Source: Verrucomicrobiota bacterium | Lineage (GTDB): Bacteria > Verrucomicrobiota > Verrucomicrobiia > JAWXBN01 > JAWXCD01 | DNA length: 64,000 nucleotides | Assembly (NCBI GenBank): GCA_034440535.1 | Contig: JAWXCD010000125.1 | Location: 868 to 64,867 of the forward strand | Reading direction: 5' to 3' | Shown here: positions 18,700 to 27,732 of the stretch, piece after piece | Layout of the letters: every line of letters starts with the position of its first letter | How positions within the stretch are numbered: the stretch's first letter is position 1 | The notes under the pieces: model-generated | What the model was told of the DNA's origin: nothing | The model's input: the letters and a program-made list of their open reading frames with translations, nothing else | The model's database searches: none | Program-made: the position numbers and the translations under genes

Positions 18700-20949
18700 A
18701 TGAAACTTAATAGTCCAATACCTCCGTTTGCCGTGGTCCTTAATCATTTTAACGGAACAACTCCTAATGTCCGGCACGTTGTTGATATTTCGGGCGGAGG
18801 TCGTGGACAGTTCGTTGACGATAAAAACAATTCGTGGAACTGGACTCTTTCGGTCAAACCTACCCACTGTAATGGGCACGAAGGATCGGTGATCGAGGTC
18901 AGTCTTACTTTGGAGAAAGGTTCGGCCGACGCTGTGAATTTGTCAGTGGAGTTTACTGAAAATGCATGGAGCACAGAGAATTTCGTCCTTGTTCCCGGCG
19001 CGGTCTATAATGGGAACAGATATACTTCGCGCCGTATTATGTACCCGCCAATGCTGACTGAACCTTCAGAGATTGGACCGGATGTGCCGTGTATCATAAG
19101 CGATATACCGCGCCTTAATATTAATCCAGGACTTTCACGGTTTCATCTTATATCGGGGGATGCATCGATTCCTGCGCTCGGCTTTTTTTCTCCTGAACAG
19201 AAAAAGCAACAGTGGATCATGATCAATCAAGAAAGTGGTTTTGGAGATCATGGACTTTGGCTTGAAGAAAGTGATGACCGGAAGCGGGCGACTTTGGCGG
19301 TTGAAACTCCCGGAGTGCGGCGCGGGCAAAGCTTTAGCCTCATGTCGATGATGAGGGAATCAAGGGACGTCGCTGCGAAGGTTGAGCCTGGTCAGACGTT
19401 GTCGATAAAGGTTATGGTGTTTGGTGGAAAGGCAGATCATGTTCAAGATCTATTCGACACTTTGGTAGACTTGCGGAACGTCGCAACCCCGGAACCGAAG
19501 CTCAGGAAAGAACTGCCTTTTTCGAAGGCCTGGGAAATTCAGGAACGAAAATTCAACCTTCACAACTTTCAACTCGACAAAATTTTCGCTGGGACAGGTG
19601 ATCCCCATATGGCCGCTTGGCAGCCCGGATGGACAGGGCATGGGATGGTGACCCAGACCTTTCTGAGTGAAGGGACATCCTTATCCAAGGAGCGAGCGAA
19701 GACCACTTTGGACTTTTGTTTTATTGAGGCCCTTGCTCCGAGCGGGTATTTTTACGGATTCTATACCAAGAACCGAGGGTTCTTTGGAGACCATTTTGCG
19801 CATCAAGATTGGCCTTGGCACTTGCTTCGTAAAAGCGCGGATATGTTGTATTTTGGATTCCGCCAATTCGATGTGTTAAAGAAGCAGAATCCCGATTGGA
19901 AATGTCCGCTGGAGTGGGAGAAGGGAATCCGACGATTGGCCGATGCATTTGTTAAAACGTGGGATCGATATGGGCAGCTTGGGCAATTTGTAAACCACGA
20001 CACAGGCGAAATATTAGTCGGAGGGTCCACCTCAGGATCAACCGCCCCAGCAGGGTTAGCACTTGCGTCGATTTGGTTTAAAGAGGCGCGGTACTTGGAA
20101 GTGGCAGAGGCCATTGCGCGTAAGTATTGCCAGGAAGATTTGGCGAGTGGAGTGACCACTGGAGGACCAGGTGAGATTTTACAGGCTGCCGATAGCGAAT
20201 CGGTCGGGAATTTACTTGAGTCGTTGGTCGTGCTTTACGAGGTGACGGGTCGGGAAGAGTGGTTGAAGCAAGCGCAGATTGCCGGGGCGCAATTAAATTC
20301 TTGGTTTGTGTCGTACGACTACACATTTCCGCCGCAGTCGACCTATGGCAAACTTGATATGTTAACGACGGGTACGCTCTATGCCAGTACGCAAAACAAA
20401 TGTGCGGTGCCCGGGTTATGCACGCTCTCGGGGGACGCGCTGCTCAAGCTGTTCCGAGCCACGGGAGAGGAACATTGGCTGCGACTCCTTCGCGAATTGA
20501 CCCACGCGCTGCCCCAGTTCTTGTCACGCGAGGACAAAGTGATCGCCGGAATGCCCGAAGGTTTCATGAGCGAACGTGTACAGATGGGCGATGGAATTGA
20601 TCCTTGTGGCGAAATTTGCGCTTGCTCGTGCTGGAGCGAGGTGTGTCTGATCTTTGCATGGATGGAAGTTCCGGGAATTTATATTCAGACGGATACTGGC
20701 ATCCTGAGCGTGAATGATCATGTGAAGGCTGAAATTTTATCGCAGGACAAAGACGTAATGGTTGTGGCGATCACGAATCCCACATCCTTTGAAGCTACGG
20801 TCAAAATTTTGGCCGAGACCAAGAGCGAAAGCCGCGTATTGTTGGGTCAAAACTGGAGCACACGCATGGTTAAGGTCACCATTCCTGCAGGTGAATCCAA
20901 GTCGATCATGATTGTAGGTGGGCAGATTGAAAACCATTTAAGCAATTGA
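18700..20949 (+). CDS. Hypothetical cytoplasmic protein, probably with an (alpha/alpha)6-barrel glycosidase-like fold
   Basis: 749-aa ORF without a signal peptide. Helical repeats such as 'LYEVTGREEWLKQA' and 'LFRATGEEHWL' are typical of six-hairpin glycosidases. Confidence 0.65.
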   Translation: MKLNSPIPPFAVVLNHFNGTTPNVRHVVDISGGGRGQFVDDKNNSWNWTLSVKPTHCNGHEGSVIEVSLTLEKGSADAVNLSVEFTENAWSTENFVLVPGAVYNGNRYTSRRIMYPPMLTEPSEIGPDVPCIISDIPRLNINPGLSRFHLISGDASIPALGFFSPEQKKQQWIMINQESGFGDHGLWLEESDDRKRATLAVETPGVRRGQSFSLMSMMRESRDVAAKVEPGQTLSIKVMVFGGKADHVQDLFDTLVDLRNVATPEPKLRKELPFSKAWEIQERKFNLHNFQLDKIFAGTGDPHMAAWQPGWTGHGMVTQTFLSEGTSLSKERAKTTLDFCFIEALAPSGYFYGFYTKNRGFFGDHFAHQDWPWHLLRKSADMLYFGFRQFDVLKKQNPDWKCPLEWEKGIRRLADAFVKTWDRYGQLGQFVNHDTGEILVGGSTSGSTAPAGLALASIWFKEARYLEVAEAIARKYCQEDLASGVTTGGPGEILQAADSESVGNLLESLVVLYEVTGREEWLKQAQIAGAQLNSWFVSYDYTFPPQSTYGKLDMLTTGTLYASTQNKCAVPGLCTLSGDALLKLFRATGEEHWLRLLRELTHALPQFLSREDKVIAGMPEGFMSERVQMGDGIDPCGEICACSCWSEVCLIFAWMEVPGIYIQTDTGILSVNDHVKAEILSQDKDVMVVAITNPTSFEATVKILAETKSESRVLLGQNWSTRMVKVTIPAGESKSIMIVGGQIENHLSN

Positions 20950-20982
20950 GTTCGAGTGTAAAAGTTGTACTTTTGAGGCGTT

Positions 20983-23241
20983 ATGACTGAAGTAGTTTTA
21001 AAGGATTATAGTCTCGTTGGAAAAAATACTCAGATAGCCATTGAGAGTGGGTGGGCGGAAGCCGATTGGTACACGTCCCCCGTGCCCAAAGAAAAAATGC
21101 GCGAACTCCTGACGCGCAAAAACGGGCCAGCTATTCGTGATACGATCATCTGGTTCGGTTTATTGATAGGTGCCGGGTACGGTATTTACACGTTATGGCC
21201 CAGCTGGTGGGCGGTGGTTCCTTTTCTCATCTATAGTGTCATCTACGCATCGAGCTCAGATTCGCGCTGGCACGAATCACTTCACGGCACAGCGTTTAAG
21301 ACTGATTGGATGAATAACGCGCTGTACGAAGTTGCTTCTTTTATGGTGGTGCGTGAATCGACCGTCTGGCGTTGGAGTCATACAAGACATCATAGTGATA
21401 CTATTGTCGTTGGCCGCGATCCTGAGATCGCTGTACCGCGCCCCGCAAATTTGAAATCGATCATCTTTGCCTTTTTGAATTTCGGAGCATGGCCCGCTTA
21501 CATCCGCACGGTGTTGCTTCATTGCACGGGTAAGTTGACCCCCGCCGAGAAGACTTTTATTCCCGAGGAAGAGCATTACAAAGTCATCTATAAAGCATGG
21601 ATCTATTTGGTCATATACCTGAGTGTCATCGCTTGGGCGATCTATTCGCGCAGTTTTCTTCCCTTTTTATTTGTGGGGCTCCCCAGTTTTTTTGGATGTT
21701 GGCTGATGCCGATTTACGGGTTGACCCAGCATGCGGGGCTAGCCGAGGACGTGCTTGATCATCGGTTGAACTCTCGCACGGTCTACATGAACTTCATAAA
21801 TCGGTACCTCTACTGGAACATGAATTATCACGTTGAACATCACATGTTCCCACTCGTGCCTTATCATGCTCTCGCGAAACTGCATGAAATTGTGAAGCCA
21901 GATATGCCGACTCCCTACCGGAGTATTTGGCATGCGTACCAAGAAATTATTCCCGCCATTTTAAGGCAGAGAACAGACCCGGGTTATTATGTGAGGCGCG
22001 AACTCCCCGCACCAGCGCCCGAAATGACGTCGCATCATTCTTCCAAAGCTGTGACCACTTCCAAGCAAGCGGATGCAGAAGGGTGGATCGAAGTGTGCGC
22101 CTTTGATAGATTGGAGTCGGAAGACGTGATCCGGTTTGATCATCAGAAGCGGACGTATGCGCTTTATCGTACTGCGCAAGATGAGCTTTACGCGACCGAC
22201 GGTATTTGCACGCATGGCAATACGCATTTGGTCGATGGATTTGTAAAAGGAAAACTTATCGAGTGCCCCAAGCATAATGGGCGGTTTGATATAACCGATG
22301 GAACAGCGAAACGCAGCCCAGCGTGTGTTGCATTAAAAACATATCCCACGCGTGTGAGTCAGGGCCAAATTTATCTTAACATCGCCAAAGCAGAGTTGAA
22401 AGAGCCCGAAACAACGTATGCGTTTAAGGTTGTGAGCAACAATAACGTGGCCACGTACATTAAAGAACTCGTGCTTGAACCACTTGATGCCTCCATGCGT
22501 TATACACCAGGGGATTATTTGCAGCTCGATATTCCGGCCTATGGAGAAATAAAATTTCAGAACATGCAAGTCGCGGAGCCGTATTCCAGCGTGTGGAAGA
22601 CGCATCATGTGTACGACTTGGCCGCCGTAAACGACGTGCCTCTCCGCAGGAACTACTCGTTTGCGACTAACCCCAAAGTGGACAAACTACTCCGGTTTAA
22701 CGTGCGCATTTCGACCCCGCCCCGCGGTCAGGCGTGTAACGCTGGGTTAGGTTCTTCATACGTCTTTAATCTTAAGCCCGGTGATCAGGTGACCGGGGTG
22801 GGGCCTTTTGGGGATTTCCATATCAAGGACACTCAAAAAGAAATGGTGTACTTAGGCGGAGGAGCTGGAATGGCACCCCTGCGGTCCCATGTTTCTTATC
22901 TTTTCGACACTTTAAAAACCAATCGTAAAGTGAGTTTTTGGTACGGAGCACGTTCTCTTCAAGAAATGTTTTATCAGGACTATCTTGAAGCATTGGCCGC
23001 CCAGTTCCCGAATTTTACTTTTCATCTCGCGCTCTCTGAACCACAACCGGAAGACGGCTGGACATCGCACACTGGTTTTATCCACGAGGTGCTTCGCGAA
23101 AAGTATTTAAGCCAGCATGCAAACCTTGCTGAGGTGGAATTCTATCTGTGCGGCCCTCCTGTCATGATTAAAGCCGGAACAGAAATGTTAGCTGATCTTA
23201 GAGTTGGCGCTGCCCAAATTGCATACGACGAGTTTAATTAA
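20983..23241 (+). CDS. Fusion: MocD-like fatty-acid-desaturase-family oxygenase + Rieske [2Fe-2S] ferredoxin (MocE-like) + NqrF-like FAD/NAD(P)H reductase
   Basis: His boxes HESLH, HTRHH and YHVEHH; Rieske ligands CTH...CPKH; reductase motifs RNYS, GGGAGMAP, YLCGPP and C-terminal YDEF. Confidence 0.88.
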   Translation: MTEVVLKDYSLVGKNTQIAIESGWAEADWYTSPVPKEKMRELLTRKNGPAIRDTIIWFGLLIGAGYGIYTLWPSWWAVVPFLIYSVIYASSSDSRWHESLHGTAFKTDWMNNALYEVASFMVVRESTVWRWSHTRHHSDTIVVGRDPEIAVPRPANLKSIIFAFLNFGAWPAYIRTVLLHCTGKLTPAEKTFIPEEEHYKVIYKAWIYLVIYLSVIAWAIYSRSFLPFLFVGLPSFFGCWLMPIYGLTQHAGLAEDVLDHRLNSRTVYMNFINRYLYWNMNYHVEHHMFPLVPYHALAKLHEIVKPDMPTPYRSIWHAYQEIIPAILRQRTDPGYYVRRELPAPAPEMTSHHSSKAVTTSKQADAEGWIEVCAFDRLESEDVIRFDHQKRTYALYRTAQDELYATDGICTHGNTHLVDGFVKGKLIECPKHNGRFDITDGTAKRSPACVALKTYPTRVSQGQIYLNIAKAELKEPETTYAFKVVSNNNVATYIKELVLEPLDASMRYTPGDYLQLDIPAYGEIKFQNMQVAEPYSSVWKTHHVYDLAAVNDVPLRRNYSFATNPKVDKLLRFNVRISTPPRGQACNAGLGSSYVFNLKPGDQVTGVGPFGDFHIKDTQKEMVYLGGGAGMAPLRSHVSYLFDTLKTNRKVSFWYGARSLQEMFYQDYLEALAAQFPNFTFHLALSEPQPEDGWTSHTGFIHEVLREKYLSQHANLAEVEFYLCGPPVMIKAGTEMLADLRVGAAQIAYDEFN

Positions 23242-23254
23242 ACCTTAAACTCAT

Positions 23255-24310
23255 TCAGACTTGGGGCAGGGAGCTGAACTTATAAACAGTCTTTTGCCGA
23301 TACTTTTCCCCTGGGCGCAGAATGAAGGGGTCAATCTCCGGTCTGTTTACGCCGTCCGGGTATCCTTCACACTCAAGGCATAGACCTGCGTGCGCGCGGT
23401 ACGGCACGCCGGTTTTGCCCACCAGCGAACCGTCAAGCGAAACCCCCGTGTAAAATTGGATCCAGCTTTCCGTGGTAAGAACTTCCATGACCCGACCCAT
23501 GGCTGGAAGACTTAACTTTGCCGCCGGTTCAAGGGCATCGGGAGATTGACGCTTGATTTTATATGTGTCCCCGTGCTTTTTCCAAAGGTGCGGAATGGCA
23601 TCGCCCACTTTTGTTGGTGAAGTGAAATCGTTTCCTTGCCCAGTGACGGAAGCCAGTTTTCCCGATAAAGTCATCGCTTCGTCTGCGGGTACAAATTGAT
23701 CCGAAAAAATCTGAAGCACATGATCTTCGATTGTACCCTGACCTTCGCCAGCTAGGTTAAAATAGGAGTGGTGCGTAAGACTCAGGGGAGTTGATTCAGT
23801 CGTTGTGGCTTCCTGATTAACTACGAACTGATTATCTCCGGTGAGCGTGTAGGTGACCGCAACTTCGACCTGCCCTGGGTATCCTTCTTCACCCGCAAGA
23901 CTCGTGTACGTAAAGCGTACGGACGATGAGTCTGCGGTGTCTTCAACGATTTCAGCGTGCCACACTCTTTTGTCAAAACCAACAACCCCCCCGTGCAAAT
24001 GATTCGGAGGATCGTTCAGAGCTAATTGGTAAATTTTTCCATCCAATGTAAACGTGCCCGCTGTCAATCGCCCCGCGACTCGTCCCGTGATGGCCCCAAA
24101 AAACGGATGTCCAGCGAGGTAGTTTGCCAAGGAATTAAAACCTAAAACGATATCGACCGGAGGTTTGTTCTTTTCCCATGGCACGCGAAGTTCGGTGACG
24201 ATACCCCCAAACGTCATAGCTTTGAGCGTCATGCCGTTGCCATTGGACAGAGTGTAAAGTTCGATCAACCTACCATCAGGGAGAAATCCGAAAGGCTCAG
24301 AAGTAATCAT
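23255..24310 (-). CDS. galM: Aldose 1-epimerase (galactose mutarotase)
   Basis: GRVAGR, NHLHGG, GEEGYPG, THHSYFNL, QFYTG and GLCLE motifs. Confidence 0.92.
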   Translation of the reverse strand: MITSEPFGFLPDGRLIELYTLSNGNGMTLKAMTFGGIVTELRVPWEKNKPPVDIVLGFNSLANYLAGHPFFGAITGRVAGRLTAGTFTLDGKIYQLALNDPPNHLHGGVVGFDKRVWHAEIVEDTADSSSVRFTYTSLAGEEGYPGQVEVAVTYTLTGDNQFVVNQEATTTESTPLSLTHHSYFNLAGEGQGTIEDHVLQIFSDQFVPADEAMTLSGKLASVTGQGNDFTSPTKVGDAIPHLWKKHGDTYKIKRQSPDALEPAAKLSLPAMGRVMEVLTTESWIQFYTGVSLDGSLVGKTGVPYRAHAGLCLECEGYPDGVNRPEIDPFILRPGEKYRQKTVYKFSSLPQV

Positions 24311-24345
24311 GGAGTTGCCTTTTTACGAAAGGATCACGAGCAAGG

Positions 24346-25635
24346 TCAATCGTTTTCTATCTCAGGCGTTGGGATGGCCTGGTCCGGTAGGACAAAATGG
24401 AATCGCGAACCTTTGCCTGGTTCGCTCTCGACCCAGATACGTCCGCCGTGATTGAACACAATGTGTTTGCAGATGCTTAATCCGAGCCCGGTGCCTCCCA
24501 CATCGCGGGTTCTCCCTTTCTCGACACGATAAAATCTTTCAAAGATATGAGGCTGGTCAGCTAGAGGAATGCCCGGGCCAGTGTCAGCAACAGTGACTTG
24601 AGTTTCGGAATTTTTTTCGTTGAGCGTGATGACCACTTTACCCCCCTCGGGCGTGTATTTCACTGCGTTGTCGAGGAGGTTGTACATGACGCGTTCAATT
24701 AACTTCGGATCAATGTAAATGGATTCCGAGACACCGATGCCTTCGATGGAGAGAGAAAGATTTTTGCGCCCCGCCATTTCCTCAAATTCGCCCAGAGTGC
24801 GCTCGAGGAGGGATGGGAGATGAGTGGAAACTTTTGTTAATGGAAATCGGCCAGATTCAAGTTTGGTGAGTTCCATCAAGTCATCGATCAGTAATGTCAT
24901 CCGGATGGTGTGCCTATGGATGGCAGAGTGAAATTTTTGAACCTGAGTTGGATCGTCAATAGGTCCGTCCAGAAGAGTTTCGGAATACCCTCGAATGATG
25001 GCCAGCGGTGTTCTCAATTCGTGTGAGACATTGGCAACGAACTCTTTCCGCATGGCTTCCAGTCGTTTAATGGTCGTGACATCATGGAAAACAACGACTA
25101 CGCCTTGGGTCGATCCTTCGGAGGACACCAGACGCAGCGCGTTTGTCTTAAGGACCTTTTCATTTTCTAGTCCCGCGGTTATTTCATGATTCGTTACGCG
25201 CCCTTCTTGTAAGGCTTTGTTCAAGATCATTTGCAGGTCGTAGTTCCTCAAAACTTCCATGACTGTCATTCCGGTGGTTTCCCCTGATACAGAGAAGATC
25301 GTTCGAAAGGCATCGTTGCAAAGTCTGATGCGGTTATCGTGATCAATGATCATAACCCCTTCGATCATGCTTTGGAAAACACCGCGCAGATCAAATTCCT
25401 CCTCGGACACCTTTTTCTCTAACGCCAACAGACGGCTTCTAATTTCCCTGAGTAGAAGATAGTCGCCATCATGACCGCGGGAATGGTCTGGCCTTGTCAG
25501 TTCGGAATGGTAATCACCTCTTGCAATCTGGATTAAGGTGGCATTCAGGAGTTGCCAATTTTTACGATCACGTCTTCTTTGGACGAGGACATAAATTAAA
25601 GCCGCCGTGACGCTGATTAACAGAAAGCCGGTCAT
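24346..25635 (-). CDS. phoR: PAS-domain sensor histidine kinase, PhoR-like
   Basis: Single N-terminal TM, PAS domain, RKEFVANVSHELRTPL H-box, NLLDNAVKY, FERFYRV and GTGLGLSI motifs. Confidence 0.8.
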   Translation of the reverse strand: MTGFLLISVTAALIYVLVQRRRDRKNWQLLNATLIQIARGDYHSELTRPDHSRGHDGDYLLLREIRSRLLALEKKVSEEEFDLRGVFQSMIEGVMIIDHDNRIRLCNDAFRTIFSVSGETTGMTVMEVLRNYDLQMILNKALQEGRVTNHEITAGLENEKVLKTNALRLVSSEGSTQGVVVVFHDVTTIKRLEAMRKEFVANVSHELRTPLAIIRGYSETLLDGPIDDPTQVQKFHSAIHRHTIRMTLLIDDLMELTKLESGRFPLTKVSTHLPSLLERTLGEFEEMAGRKNLSLSIEGIGVSESIYIDPKLIERVMYNLLDNAVKYTPEGGKVVITLNEKNSETQVTVADTGPGIPLADQPHIFERFYRVEKGRTRDVGGTGLGLSICKHIVFNHGGRIWVESEPGKGSRFHFVLPDQAIPTPEIEND

Positions 25636-26321
25636 ACTGTCTTATCTAAAAAACGGTAACCAACACCTCTAATGGTTTCAATGTATGCGGCAGAATTGCC
25701 CATCTTTGAGCGTAACCGCCTAACGTGAGTGTCCACAGTACGGGTATCTACCGAAGCTGAATAATCCCAAACATCCTGAAGCAAACGATCTCTGGTTTGG
25801 ACTCGACCCCGGCGTTCGAGGAGTATGGTCAGGAGCTTGAACTCTGTCGCAGTCAGGTCCACACGTTTTCCGTCAATGGTGACTTCGTGACGACTCCGAT
25901 CCAAAGTAATACCAGAGCCAGATATAATATCGCCCACGGCTACTGGGGCTTTATTACGCCGGAGCACCGTTTTTATCCGGAGTACGACTTCACGAGGGCT
26001 AAATGGTTTTGTGATGTAATCTTCTGCACCAAGTTCTAACCCTAAAATTTTATCCACGACATCGTTCTTGGCGGTTAACATGATGATGGGAATTGTCGCC
26101 GTCACCGGGTCGCGCTTTAAAATTTTGCAAACTTCTACGCCATCGGTTCCTGGGAGCATCAAATCTAGTAGAATTAAGGCGGGCGGTTCCTGTCGTGCTT
26201 TTTCCACGGCCTCCGCTCCGGATGTTGCTGTGCGTGTAGTGAACCCCGCGTTTTCAATGTTGAATACGAGAAGTTCCTGCATATCCGGTTCGTCTTCAAC
26301 TATTAGAATGCGGTCTTTCAT
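25632..26321 (-). CDS. phoB: OmpR-family response regulator, PhoB-like
   Basis: ILIVEDE, LDLMLPG and KPFS receiver motifs; wHTH TRTVDTHVRRLR and ETIRGVGY. Coupled to the kinase gene. Confidence 0.8.
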   Translation of the reverse strand: MKDRILIVEDEPDMQELLVFNIENAGFTTRTATSGAEAVEKARQEPPALILLDLMLPGTDGVEVCKILKRDPVTATIPIIMLTAKNDVVDKILGLELGAEDYITKPFSPREVVLRIKTVLRRNKAPVAVGDIISGSGITLDRSRHEVTIDGKRVDLTATEFKLLTILLERRGRVQTRDRLLQDVWDYSASVDTRTVDTHVRRLRSKMGNSAAYIETIRGVGYRFLDKTV

Positions 26322-26483
26322 TAGATGTCCCACATACTGACTTAAAACGAAAAGAAAGAAAAAGGAACTTTTTGTTACAGTTCCGCGTCACGTGGAAAGC
26401 GCATTATCCCAGAAACTTCAATTTCTTCTTGAAATCCTACAGAATATTATGAATGAAACCTAGATAAGCCAGTCTACCTGTAT

Positions 26484-26768
26484 ATGAAAAAATCGATGTT
26501 GGTTGGACTGGCCCTATTTGGAATGGTGAGCGCGATTGCACCATCCAAAGCTAAAGCTGATGTTCAAGTTATATTTGATATTGGTCGCCCGCAGCCTGTG
26601 TATCGTCGGGTGATTTACGAGCCAGCTCCTGTGGTGGTTTATGAACGTTATCAGGAGCGTTATCATGATCACGATGACTGCCGTCCTCGTCCCCGGCACC
26701 ATAGGTATCATCGTGGGCATGCGCGTGAGCGTTACGTCTATGATGAATACGCTTATGCAAGGTATTAG
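26484..26768 (+). CDS. Small secreted Pro/Tyr/His/Arg-rich protein
   Basis: Signal peptide ending AKA, then PQPVY..PAPVVVY and a His-rich tail; followed by a terminator. Confidence 0.7.
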   Translation: MKKSMLVGLALFGMVSAIAPSKAKADVQVIFDIGRPQPVYRRVIYEPAPVVVYERYQERYHDHDDCRPRPRHHRYHRGHARERYVYDEYAYARY

Positions 26769-26800
26769 GCTGGAGTAAGTGTTTCCCTGCAAAGAGACTC

Positions 26801-26839
26801 AAACCGCTTTCGAATTGTCGAAAGCGGTTTTTTGTTTTT
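26801..26839 (+). terminator. Intrinsic terminator
   Basis: aaaccgctttcga-attg-tcgaaagcggttt followed by a T-run. Confidence 0.8.
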
Positions 26840-26879
26840 CAAGACGTTCAAGAGTAGAGTATGTAGGAGAGCGAAGGCC

Positions 26880-26913
26880 AAAAAAAACGCCAGCCCTTTG
26901 AATGGGATGGCGT
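26880..26913 (-). terminator. Intrinsic terminator of the Spy/CpxP-like gene
   Basis: A-run followed by the hairpin acgccagccc/gggatggcgt. Confidence 0.65.
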
Positions 26914-26935
26914 GAGGAGAGTTTAATGGGTGAAG

Positions 26936-27274
26936 CTATTCTTTTTTAGCGTCGCCTTTTTTGTGATCGTGCCAACGTCCTTTATGTTCCTGTTTCTTGG
27001 ATTCGAATTTGGCGTACTGCTCAGGAGTCAGAATTTGTTTGATCTGAGCATCGTATTTAGCGTGCATCGCTTGCATTTCAGATTTGCGGGATTCGCTGAG
27101 AGCTTTCATTTTAGTTTTTTGCTCCTCAGTGAGACCCATTTCATTGGCGAACTTTTCGCCTTTGCCATCCCCTTGTTTTGAGGTTTTTCCTTCTTCCCCG
27201 TGAACGAATGGGGATAACGCTACTACGGCAGTTAAACCCAAGGCCAACAGTAATTTTTCGTGTATGTTTTTCAT
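26936..27274 (-). CDS. Periplasmic LTXXQ-motif (Spy/CpxP-like) protein
   Basis: Signal peptide, LTEEQK and ILTPEQYAK motifs. Start reassigned to 27274 because the longer ORF overlaps the tRNA. Confidence 0.8.
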   Translation of the reverse strand: MKNIHEKLLLALGLTAVVALSPFVHGEEGKTSKQGDGKGEKFANEMGLTEEQKTKMKALSESRKSEMQAMHAKYDAQIKQILTPEQYAKFESKKQEHKGRWHDHKKGDAKKE

Positions 27275-27439
27275 AATGTGAATTTGTTTACATGGTTCAA
27301 GACGACAGAATAGGCAAGAGGTTACAGAATTAATAAAAAAACACGAGTCAAGACGGCAAGAATAACTTTTAATTTTCAGTATCCTGAAATTAGCGCTTGC
27401 CCCTGACTGGGGTTTTCTTATTGTAAGCCACCTTTTTAT

Positions 27440-27514
27440 GGCGGGGTAGCCAAGTGGTAAGGCCGGGCTCTGCAAAAGCCCCATGCGTCGGTTCGATTCC
27501 GACCCTCGCCTCCA
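27440..27514 (+). tRNA. tRNA-Cys (GCA)
   Basis: Acceptor stem GGCGGGG/CCTCGCC, anticodon arm gggct-ctGCAaa-agccc, T-loop GTTCGATTC, U discriminator and encoded CCA. Confidence 0.95.
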
Positions 27515-27732
27515 ATTTTAAAAAGTCCGCCGAGGTGAAGACCTTCACCGGCCTGCAGGCGGATGGGGGTTTCGTCATTTTCGGGTTGGTGAGAATTTTC
27601 TGGGCGACTGCCGACATCCGTATCCATTAGGCAAAAATCCAAGACAAACAGGTGCGTCCGGAGAATTCGCACGCTTTTAAAGGCGCGCATACCCATGCCT
27701 ATAGTAGAAAGTAAGTTGCATGGGTGCGGCTT

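Noticed and set aside
22400-23241. Na+-NQR subunit F (nqrF) call
   Set aside because: It lacks the NqrF N-terminal TM and plant-type ferredoxin, no nqrA-E genes are present, and it is fused to desaturase and Rieske domains.
26369-26392. Possible PHO box (tgttaca...cgtcac) upstream of the phoB-like gene
   Set aside because: The half-sites are 13 bp apart rather than the canonical 11 bp, and the match is weak.
27275-27484. N-terminal extension of the 182-aa minus-strand ORF
   Set aside because: It overlaps tRNA-Cys. The signal peptide starts at 27274.
27515-27730. attL/attR duplication or integrase next to tRNA-Cys
   Set aside because: No repeat of the tRNA 3' end and no tyrosine-recombinase motifs found by eye. 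Only a short acccatgc/gcatgggt inverted repeat is present.
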